Shown piece after piece: positions 26,877 to 35,561 of a stretch of 64,000 nucleotides of DNA. The translations under genes and the position numbers were made by a program. Under the pieces are notes generated by a model. That model saw nothing but the letters and a program-made list of their open reading frames with translations, did no database searches and was not told where the DNA came from. Source of the stretch: an uncultured Gammaproteobacteria bacterium (GTDB lineage Bacteria; Patescibacteriota; Microgenomatia; Daviesbacterales; UBA10151); contig CAYOOO010000004.1 of NCBI GenBank assembly GCA_964405655.1, positions 9,013 to 73,012 on the forward strand. Reading direction: 5' to 3'. Position 1 is the stretch's first letter, and every line of letters starts with the position of its first letter.

Positions 26877-28313
26877 ATGCTCAGGCTTCCTACACTAATT
26901 GTTGTTTTTGCCTTTACTATCAGGATTTTATATGCGCTTTATTCACATGATTTTTGGTTAGACGAAGCCTTTAATTTCTTTATCTCTCAAAATGAACCCA
27001 AAACTATTATTTATGCTTTATCTTTTGATAACTGGCCACCTCTTTATTCACTCTTTATGCACTACTGGCAAAAGATTTCAGAAAATTACTTCTGGCTGAG
27101 ACTACCCTCGGTTATATTCGGATCTCTGCTGTTAATAATTATCTATCAAACTTCTAAAAAGTTATTTAATGTTAGTATTGCCTTAGCTGCAATCCTTCTT
27201 GCCTCAGTCTCACCTGCTCTTGTCTACTTTTCAGCTGAAAACCGACCGTATTCACTATTTACACTCCTTACCAGTTTGACAGTTTTACTGTTCTTAAGGT
27301 TAAGAGATAAAGAGTCATTTATAAACTATTTGCTTTTTGTCATCTCTGCAATTTTGACAATTTATACCCACTACTTTGGTCTTTTATTGATTTTGGCACT
27401 AATTGCCTCCTCGAAATTTACCTCTTTTTTAAAGCTAAAGTTCGAGAATATTTTTTCTGCCTTAGCAATAATTATTTTAGCCTCAAGTCCATGGTGGTTT
27501 TATAGTTACTTAAAACCTCATCCAGAGTGTCTTTGTTTACCACCGTTACCGGCGATACTGGCTACTTTCGGTTTTTTTGCAATTGGAGGTAGCGGATTGA
27601 TTAATTTAAAGCATTTTTTCCAAGTTCAAACTCCACTCTTTATTAAGTTGTTTTTAGGTGTATTTATTGCGATATCCACTTTTCTTTTTTTTAGAGGGCT
27701 AAAAAAATTATCAAATAGAAAAGTCCTGTGGCTTTACTTAATTATCTTTTCTTCAATATTATTGATCTTAGTTTTATCTCTCTTTTTTAATATTTTTTCA
27801 GTCAGAAGCTTGATTTTTCTTATTCCGATCTACTTAATTGTAATCGCCATAGCTCTTGACAAGATGGGTAAATTTATTTATCTAAACTTAAGATTTAGAT
27901 TATTATCAATATACTTTGTTACTTTACTAATCATCTTGATAATAACTGTCCAAAGACCATTTTTTAACTTAGAGCCACTTAAGCAGATGTCTGACAAATT
28001 ATCCCAGCTAGACCGACCTCAAACTGCTATCATCCATGCAAATATCTACACCTATTTGCCTGCAAAGTACTACTACCCTACCTCTCGCCAGTCTGTTTTA
28101 AAACCATCTCTGCCTGAGCAATTGTCACATTCACTTAATATCCAAATTCTTGATCAAAAAGTATTGAAAGAAAGCTCACAAATAGTCTTGGTATATGCAA
28201 ATGACCGTTATGATAAACAAAGCTTTGATAATCTTAGAACTATCCTAGTAAATATTAAACATAAATCCGCGAAACATTCTTTGGGAAAGATAAACCTAGA
28301 AATATTTGAATAA
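26877..28313 (+). CDS. GT-C fold membrane glycosyltransferase (ArnT/PMT_2-like)
   Basis: First loop has FWLDEAFNF (a DE motif after TM1). More than 10 TM helices over 478 aa. Confidence 0.55.
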   Translation: MLRLPTLIVVFAFTIRILYALYSHDFWLDEAFNFFISQNEPKTIIYALSFDNWPPLYSLFMHYWQKISENYFWLRLPSVIFGSLLLIIIYQTSKKLFNVSIALAAILLASVSPALVYFSAENRPYSLFTLLTSLTVLLFLRLRDKESFINYLLFVISAILTIYTHYFGLLLILALIASSKFTSFLKLKFENIFSALAIIILASSPWWFYSYLKPHPECLCLPPLPAILATFGFFAIGGSGLINLKHFFQVQTPLFIKLFLGVFIAISTFLFFRGLKKLSNRKVLWLYLIIFSSILLILVLSLFFNIFSVRSLIFLIPIYLIVIAIALDKMGKFIYLNLRFRLLSIYFVTLLIILIITVQRPFFNLEPLKQMSDKLSQLDRPQTAIIHANIYTYLPAKYYYPTSRQSVLKPSLPEQLSHSLNIQILDQKVLKESSQIVLVYANDRYDKQSFDNLRTILVNIKHKSAKHSLGKINLEIFE

Positions 28314-30655
28314 TGAATAAGCGTAATAAAAAAATTGCAATTTTAATAGACCAATTTGTGCTTGGAGGAGTCCAAAAAGCTGCTTTCTTTGAGGCTTTTC
28401 TTTTAAATAAAATTGGTACTAAAGCTAAAATATTAATTTTGATGAGAAGCGGTTTTCAGACAAAGTTCACCGATTACTTCCCTAAAACAAAGTTCAAGTT
28501 TTTATCTGATCATTACCCTAAAATATTTAAAAAATCCATTAAATTTCCGATCTTCTCATTCTTTTCAACGCTCCATTTGCTGGGACCCTTTCTTGCTCCG
28601 CAGGTCGTCAAACCAAAAGATTTCAATATAATCATTGCTCACGGAACCACCACTTGTTTAACAGCTCTGGCGCTCTGGAAGAAACACCGTATTCCATACA
28701 TTGCAGTTATTCATGATCCGATGGAGTACATCTTAAAAAAAGTCTATTTTAATACTCCTCTTAGGTACTTTTTTTGGTTAATATCCCCGATACTTTTTTA
28801 CCTTGAAAAGCAAATTATTAAAAATGCAAAGACCGTAATTGTTGACTCAGAAAAACACTCATCATTTATTCAAAAAAATTATGGAATCAACCCAGAAGTA
28901 TTAACTCTTGGTGCACAACCACTTCTTAGATTGCCAAAGGTCAGAAAAAACTATTTAGTCGCCTCCTCCAGATGGGAATTAGGCAAAAATCCTCAGCTAC
29001 TTTTAGAAATAATGAAATTTTTACCAAATAATAAGCTTTTAATCGTTGGTAACTGGACAAACCCTTCTGATTTATCAGAGTTTAAGCAAAAAATAAAAGA
29101 AAGTAGCTTGGAAAAAAGAGTAATTATCAAAAAAGATGTACCACCAAAACAACTTACCAGAATATACTCTGAAGCCTTGGTCTGGATTCACCCTAATGTT
29201 GAGGCATTTGGGTTGGGAGGATTTGAAGCAGCCTCATGCGGATGTCCGGTAATTATGCCAAAAGGAAGTGGCCTCAATCAAATCTTGAAAAATGGGGTTG
29301 ACGGCTTTTTCCCGGATCAGGTAACTATCGAAGACTTTTTAAAACCTGTTAAATATCTCATATCACATCCTGATATTGCTAAAACCATGGGTTTGCACGC
29401 CTGGAATACTATCAAAAACGGCTTATCTTGGCAAAATCATGTCAAGCAGCTTGAAGGACTAATCAGCTTCTCATTAAATAAAGTAGAGGTGGTTGCTTTG
29501 GAAACTGGACATGCTCAAGGAACTGTTATCTCAGGAGGAGACAAGCTGCTTGAAGAAATGTCTGTCTATTTTTCGCATAATATTGATCTAACTGTAATCA
29601 TCCCAAAAATTGCTGCTTGGCATTGGAGAAGGAGACAAGCTCACATTATTACTCTAAAAGAGACTATTTTTGATAATAACCCTTCCCCTTTTCCAGTTTT
29701 TACAACTTATATTATTCGCATTCTGTCAACCATTAAATTATTAATCAAATTGCAGCCAAAACAAATTCTTTATTCCTCAACAAATGTTTTTCCAGATGTT
29801 ATTCCAGCCTATCTTTTTAAACTGATGAACCCAAAAGTTCGTTGGTTCGCTAGAATTCATCATCTGACACCTCCTCCTCACAAAAGACCTGGAAATTTTT
29901 TAATTAATACCGCTTCTTACTTGCTACAAGAAATATCCCTGGTTGCTCTAAAATATAAGGCAGATCTAGTTGCAGCTCTAAACCCTATGCTAAGAGTTGA
30001 TTTATTGAAAATCGGCTTTAGAAAGGAAAAATTGGTTGTAGTCACTGCCGGAATAAAAAGCAGAAATTTTAAGAAATCCTCCAAACTAGTCTCAAAACCC
30101 TATGATGGAGTATTTTTAGGTAGAATGCACCCTTCTAAAGGAATTCTAGATTTAATTCCAATTTGGAGCTCTGTTTGTAAAATATTACCAGAGGCTAAAT
30201 TGGTAATTATCGGACAGTCAAATCCGGCTATAACCCAATCCTTATATAAACAAGCAAGTGAATATAATTTCCTAAAGAAAAATGTTCAAATTCTTGGACC
30301 CCTGTCAGATAATAAGGTTCAAGAATATTTAACCCGTTCAAAACTTTTTTACTTCACTGATCATGAAGCTGGATTTGGACTTGCTGGACTGGAGGCTATG
30401 TCACTTGGGCTACCTGTCATCGGTTGGGACATCGGAATCTTAGGAAATGTCTTTAAAAAAGGTTTTATCAAAATTAAGCCCTTTGATTACAACCAGTTTG
30501 CCTTAAAAACAGTTGAACTTCTGCAAAATAACTCTAAGCTAGGATATTTATCAAAACAAGCAATCATCGAAAGCAAAGAACACGACTGGAAAAAAGTAGC
30601 TGTTGGATTTGAATCTCTGTTGTATAAGCTAGCGTCAAATAGTGTGCATAAATGA
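28313..30655 (+). CDS. Fused double GT4 glycosyltransferase (two group-1 GT domains)
   Basis: Two separate EX7E-like motifs: EAFGLGGFEAASCGCPVIM at about residue 300 and AGFGLAGLEAMSLGLPVIGWD at about residue 690. Total length 780 aa. Confidence 0.6.
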   Translation: MNKRNKKIAILIDQFVLGGVQKAAFFEAFLLNKIGTKAKILILMRSGFQTKFTDYFPKTKFKFLSDHYPKIFKKSIKFPIFSFFSTLHLLGPFLAPQVVKPKDFNIIIAHGTTTCLTALALWKKHRIPYIAVIHDPMEYILKKVYFNTPLRYFFWLISPILFYLEKQIIKNAKTVIVDSEKHSSFIQKNYGINPEVLTLGAQPLLRLPKVRKNYLVASSRWELGKNPQLLLEIMKFLPNNKLLIVGNWTNPSDLSEFKQKIKESSLEKRVIIKKDVPPKQLTRIYSEALVWIHPNVEAFGLGGFEAASCGCPVIMPKGSGLNQILKNGVDGFFPDQVTIEDFLKPVKYLISHPDIAKTMGLHAWNTIKNGLSWQNHVKQLEGLISFSLNKVEVVALETGHAQGTVISGGDKLLEEMSVYFSHNIDLTVIIPKIAAWHWRRRQAHIITLKETIFDNNPSPFPVFTTYIIRILSTIKLLIKLQPKQILYSSTNVFPDVIPAYLFKLMNPKVRWFARIHHLTPPPHKRPGNFLINTASYLLQEISLVALKYKADLVAALNPMLRVDLLKIGFRKEKLVVVTAGIKSRNFKKSSKLVSKPYDGVFLGRMHPSKGILDLIPIWSSVCKILPEAKLVIIGQSNPAITQSLYKQASEYNFLKKNVQILGPLSDNKVQEYLTRSKLFYFTDHEAGFGLAGLEAMSLGLPVIGWDIGILGNVFKKGFIKIKPFDYNQFALKTVELLQNNSKLGYLSKQAIIESKEHDWKKVAVGFESLLYKLASNSVHK

Positions 30656-31815
30656 ACAGGGGAAAAAAAATATCAATTGCTATCTTAACTGAAGTTTTAA
30701 ACACTCATTCAGGCTCAAGAGCTCCAATTGAACTATCTCTTGCCCTAAACAAACTAAACTCTAAAAAAATCGAGCTTTATCTAGTGTGTTTCAGTTACAA
30801 ACTAGATAAGAAGCTTAAGAAAAAATTAGAGTCTCAGAATATAAAAATATTTATTTTAAGAGTTAATAACTTATCTTTTCTATCAAAACTCAAAGCCAGC
30901 CTTAAGCTTTTTGAAATATTTAAAAAAAATTCAATTGATACTATCTTATTCCATGGTTCACTACCGATGTTTTTGATTGCCAGAGTGTTTAAAAAGCCGA
31001 TTATTACTACTTACTATGGAACACAATTTAATGCTTTTGAGGAAAAGTTCTTACCTAACGAAAAGATCTCTCTTTTCCAGAAATTAATAAATCAGTTAGG
31101 AAACTTAGCAATATATGTCTTTCAAGCAGTACCAGTACTTTTATCCAACAAGGTGGTAACCATGACTAAATATGGTAGCGATGAATGCTATAAATTATTT
31201 AGAAGGAAAGTCGGTTTTATATATCAGGGTGCTGATTCAGATAGTTTAAGATCATTAAAATCAAAAGTCGTCAATAAAAATTCTCAAATTACCTTTATCT
31301 CAGTCAGCCGTATTACACCATACAAGGGTTTCCATATTTTAATCAAAGCATTTAATGGTCTACAGCCAAATAAAATAAAAAGAAGACTTATTATTGTTGG
31401 TTCGTCTGTACGCAAAAGATATTTAGATTATTTAAAAGCGTTAGGAGATAAAAATGTTTATTTTTTTACTGATATATCTGATAAAAAATTAATAACTCTT
31501 TATTCCAAATCAAATATTTACATAGGTGCTGACAGATATCTTTTTTTTGGTCTACCACCCTTAGAGGCTGCGAAGTTTGGAATTCCATCAATTCTGATGG
31601 ACTACTGTTCAGCAAGAGAGATAGTAGAAAATAACGAGACTGGATTTGTTGTAAATTCTGATTCAGAGTTACGAAATAGAATGACAGAACTAGCAACAAA
31701 TGTAAAACTTAGACTAAGCATGGGTTTTGCTGCAAAAGAACGCACACAAAAATTATTCAGGTGGGAAGAAACAGCCAAAAAATACTACAGCCTGATTAAA
31801 AATCTTAATTCTTAA
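30652..31815 (+). CDS. GT4 (group 1) glycosyltransferase
   Basis: FFGLPPLEAAKFGIPSILMD motif. Length is 387 aa. Confidence 0.65.
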   Translation: MNRGKKISIAILTEVLNTHSGSRAPIELSLALNKLNSKKIELYLVCFSYKLDKKLKKKLESQNIKIFILRVNNLSFLSKLKASLKLFEIFKKNSIDTILFHGSLPMFLIARVFKKPIITTYYGTQFNAFEEKFLPNEKISLFQKLINQLGNLAIYVFQAVPVLLSNKVVTMTKYGSDECYKLFRRKVGFIYQGADSDSLRSLKSKVVNKNSQITFISVSRITPYKGFHILIKAFNGLQPNKIKRRLIIVGSSVRKRYLDYLKALGDKNVYFFTDISDKKLITLYSKSNIYIGADRYLFFGLPPLEAAKFGIPSILMDYCSAREIVENNETGFVVNSDSELRNRMTELATNVKLRLSMGFAAKERTQKLFRWEETAKKYYSLIKNLNS

Positions 31816-32494
31816 ATCCCACTATAAATAAAGTCCCACAAAATTGTAAAATTGGGCAGAAGATAGGCTTAATTGTACTTCTAATACCAACCTTACTTAA
31901 AAGGTTCCTTAATCTTGGTGATGGAGGGAAACCAAAGGAAAAACATCCTTGAATCCTGATATCTTTAAACCCAACTCTTTGAAATGATTCTTTCCAAAAT
32001 TTTGCGCCCTTAACATTTATGTGGGTCGGATCATATGGTAATAATACTTTCCCTAGTATAGTACCCTCTAGATCCCCATTAGGGGTTGAGGCTAAGAATA
32101 TCCCTCCCTTATTTAATACCCTAAAAGCCTCAGCAATTACAAAATCTGAGTTCTGAGTATGTTCTAGCAGGTCAAAAGCAGTTACTGCATCCAATAAACT
32201 ACCTTTAAATGGCCACCTATCCTTAGACACATCTACAATTTTGACAGTAGCTTTGGTTCTCTTTCTTGCCTGAGATACAGCATAATCAGAAATTTCCAGA
32301 CCGAAGGTTTCGATATTTGCCTGGTCACAGAAACTTAAAAACTCACCAAGCGCGCAACCAACGTCCAGAATACTGCCTATCTGTTTTTTTCTTGATAACA
32401 GAAACTTGAGATGATATTTTAAGATCTGCTCTCGCTCATTGCTTTCTAACTTATAAAAGTCATCAAAATACTTTTTTCCGTAGCTATTCCCCAT
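31805..32494 (-). CDS. Class I SAM-dependent methyltransferase
   Basis: ILDVGCALGEF motif I and LASTPNGD (motif post-II). Length is 229 aa. Confidence 0.7.
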   Translation of the reverse strand: MGNSYGKKYFDDFYKLESNEREQILKYHLKFLLSRKKQIGSILDVGCALGEFLSFCDQANIETFGLEISDYAVSQARKRTKATVKIVDVSKDRWPFKGSLLDAVTAFDLLEHTQNSDFVIAEAFRVLNKGGIFLASTPNGDLEGTILGKVLLPYDPTHINVKGAKFWKESFQRVGFKDIRIQGCFSFGFPPSPRLRNLLSKVGIRSTIKPIFCPILQFCGTLFIVGFKN

Positions 32495-35400
32495 CTTCTT
32501 TTTGCCACCAAGTTGAGGCTTTTTTATGAATTAACCTTAATCCCTTCTTTGATAATCGAACAATCAGAAATCCCCTAAACAAGATTAAGTCAATTAGAAT
32601 TAAAATCGTTGCCAAAGAGATCAAATGATATATTTTCCATCTGATACCACCAACAAATTCAAATTTGACTTCTTTAGGTTTAACATCTTGAGAGAAAGGA
32701 ACATACATATAACCCGGGTAAGTAGGTCCAGCTTTGTATAGAGTCAAGCTCTTGCCACTCTCAGATTTTGCTTTCCAGCTGTCATAAAGCTCTTCTTTAA
32801 ATAGCACTCCTCTACTTCCTGCTGAATCTACTTCTCTTTTCTCAGGAGATATGAATCTATAGTTGAAATTACCAATTTTCTTTTCTGAAATATCGACTCC
32901 GGAAAAAAGCATATTAATCAAAAATTTAGTTTCTTCCTCGTTATAATCCCGGATTGCATGATATGGTAAATTAAACCCGGTCCAAATTAGATTACCTGAT
33001 CCGATATCGATTGAAGCAGCCACAACCTTGCCGTTGTTTTTTAAGATAACTTTTGCTTCTGATTGAACAGCGCTATCGCTATCTGGGTGTGAAACATTCC
33101 AAGGTTTTCCGTCAAAATCTAAAGGAGAAAACTTGTCAAAAGATATCCCTTTAGTTAGATTACTATCTGCAGTTTCGACTTTCCAATCTCGCCCAATATT
33201 ATTTCTGATAGTATGTTTAATTGGTAAGATATCGGGTAAATTACTGCTGGCAGCTTCTTTTCCTTCAGGTCCGGTATCAATGTAGATCCGCCCGCCTTTC
33301 TCTAGATACTTTGACAGTGTCCCCCAGGCTTTTGATTTATTTTTATAATCATAGCGGTACAGTATCACCTTATCAAACTTCCTTAGCTCGCCCAGGCTAT
33401 AATCATCGATAAAATTTGATTTTGTAGCAATTACAATCTTTTGGCTATTTAAATTGCGCATGCCGATAAAACGGTAGATTGTGTCATAAGCGACTGCATC
33501 CCCAATTAGTAATATCGGACTAGCATTATTGGGTGCCAGTATTGGCGAAACCAATTCAGGTTTAACACGGTAATATTTTAGTGTCTGGGTTAAATCAGGA
33601 AAGAACTTTCCTATTTCTTCTGGTTTCGGACCATAACGCCTAATTACTCCTAATGATTTTACCTCTTCCTCTTCTGCTACATAATCTTTGGTTGTGACAT
33701 GTTCTGCCAATACTGAGGGCGAGCTGCTGGCATAATTTCCTAAATAGTAATATACGGAATTCCAATCAAGAAGAAATTTGGTATTTTCATAAGCCACGTT
33801 TTCAGGAGTTTTCCAGTCAATAATCAGTGAGGCTTTGGCATCCTTGCCTGATGGCCCCATCAAAGAGTCTAGCCAGAATAGTCCCCATCTTTGAAGGGTG
33901 TTAACCGGAGGGTCTACATAGCCTCTTGCCAAAGGCATATCATATAGCATTGGCCACCATAAATTAACCGTGGCATCAACTGTATAAAGTCTTTTATTCT
34001 TGTCGTTTGGATCTATAAACTTAGGGGTCAATTTTTGAGCTATTTCCTTCATTTCAGCATCGGAAGTTTTAACATTCAAAATATCAGGATATGGACTAGA
34101 TGCTGTGGATAATAAATCTATCCGGGCGATTAAAGCCTTGGTTAAACCCGGTGTAAAATATAAATATCCAAAAACTATAAAAAATACATTTGCCACAACT
34201 AGAGTTGTCCAGGAAGTTATCTTGAAAAATTTAACCTCACTAAACCTGTTAAAAGCTAGCGATATTTGTCCCCAAAATACTGCTGCTAAAGAAGCAGCAG
34301 CCACCGGTATAGGCCAAAAGGCTTTGTACCAACCAGTAATGAATAGATCTATGCCTCTTGAAAACAAAAATATCGTGATAAACTGATAAATCAAAAAAAT
34401 TGCAAAAGGCAAGACACACAATATACTTCTTAAACGATGCTTGCGGAATATGATTGTGACAACAAAGCAAAGAGCAAATATCCCTACCAAATACCAAATT
34501 AACTGCTGCGTATCATTTAATACATAATTGAATTGGTCATGGCTCCATTTAATAATATTGGCGGCAGTTGATCCTTCTACCGGACCGCTTTCTAATGTAT
34601 GGCGATTTATTAACGAATTAGAAAATATTGAACCAACCTTTCCTAGATAGGAAAAAAGTGTGGCAGGTAGTGTGCTGCTAAAATTTGATAAAACTCCAGG
34701 CAGACCAACTAAAAACCAAAGTACAACAAAGACAATCAAATTTTTGATTCTTTGACCGAATTTTAATCCTTCCCTACCGCTGTAAAAGAGTAAAATCAGG
34801 ATGCTTAAAGGAATAATAACGTTTAAAAAAGCTTGCGGGTGTCCCAATAACCCGAGTCCAGCTGCAATACTGGCCAAATATAACCATCTCTTTTTATATG
34901 TATTCAAAAATCTGATTAGTAAGAAACCAACTAACGGGTAGAAGGCTTGGGTAGACCAGAAAGGAATACCGCCAGCCCAAACTAAGGCCCGATACAAATT
35001 TACAGATAAAATAGTCGCAATAGTTAAAACCAAAGACAAACCAGCGTTAAAAGAAAGCTCCTTGTAGAAAAAATAGCAAGAGATGGCAAAGATCAGTAAA
35101 AAGAACACAGCAAAATGCATCACTCCTTGAATTAGTCCAAACTTTTCTATAAAGGGAATCATCCCTAAAAAATACAACGATGGATAATCTAAAGAGAATG
35201 GTTGTCCTCCAAACCAAAAATGTTTCCAGGCAAAGGGCCTTAAGAAATCATGCCACTTGATCATGTAACTGGTATAAGTTGCAGATAAAAATAAATCTAT
35301 TCCTCTGACTGGATTTTTTGTTAGATACCAGCTGATAACAGGTTCTAAAGTTTTATAAACTATTCCCGCTGCAGCAATATTTATCAGTCCGCTGACTGAG

Positions 35401-35561
35401 AATAAAATCCATCTGAGTATTCTTATATGGATTTTTTCTTCTTTTTTAACTAGCTTCAAAACGTCACCAGATAGTTTCTCAACATCTTCCTGAATTTTTG
35501 CTTCATTTAGTTTTAGAGAGTCAGTAGTATTACTCATCTTCTTTCTGCCACCATTTACCAA
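32484..35561 (-). CDS. Giant polytopic membrane protein (GT-C-like N-terminal TM domain + large extracytoplasmic domain + C-terminal TM)
   Basis: 1025 aa. About 13 TM helices in the first ~450 aa, then a soluble domain with WWPMLYDMPLARGY, and a final TM (LISLATILILIDLILF). Paralog of the adjacent 973-aa gene. Confidence 0.5.
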   Translation of the reverse strand: MVNGGRKKMSNTTDSLKLNEAKIQEDVEKLSGDVLKLVKKEEKIHIRILRWILFSVSGLINIAAAGIVYKTLEPVISWYLTKNPVRGIDLFLSATYTSYMIKWHDFLRPFAWKHFWFGGQPFSLDYPSLYFLGMIPFIEKFGLIQGVMHFAVFFLLIFAISCYFFYKELSFNAGLSLVLTIATILSVNLYRALVWAGGIPFWSTQAFYPLVGFLLIRFLNTYKKRWLYLASIAAGLGLLGHPQAFLNVIIPLSILILLFYSGREGLKFGQRIKNLIVFVVLWFLVGLPGVLSNFSSTLPATLFSYLGKVGSIFSNSLINRHTLESGPVEGSTAANIIKWSHDQFNYVLNDTQQLIWYLVGIFALCFVVTIIFRKHRLRSILCVLPFAIFLIYQFITIFLFSRGIDLFITGWYKAFWPIPVAAASLAAVFWGQISLAFNRFSEVKFFKITSWTTLVVANVFFIVFGYLYFTPGLTKALIARIDLLSTASSPYPDILNVKTSDAEMKEIAQKLTPKFIDPNDKNKRLYTVDATVNLWWPMLYDMPLARGYVDPPVNTLQRWGLFWLDSLMGPSGKDAKASLIIDWKTPENVAYENTKFLLDWNSVYYYLGNYASSSPSVLAEHVTTKDYVAEEEEVKSLGVIRRYGPKPEEIGKFFPDLTQTLKYYRVKPELVSPILAPNNASPILLIGDAVAYDTIYRFIGMRNLNSQKIVIATKSNFIDDYSLGELRKFDKVILYRYDYKNKSKAWGTLSKYLEKGGRIYIDTGPEGKEAASSNLPDILPIKHTIRNNIGRDWKVETADSNLTKGISFDKFSPLDFDGKPWNVSHPDSDSAVQSEAKVILKNNGKVVAASIDIGSGNLIWTGFNLPYHAIRDYNEEETKFLINMLFSGVDISEKKIGNFNYRFISPEKREVDSAGSRGVLFKEELYDSWKAKSESGKSLTLYKAGPTYPGYMYVPFSQDVKPKEVKFEFVGGIRWKIYHLISLATILILIDLILFRGFLIVRLSKKGLRLIHKKASTWWQKEDGE

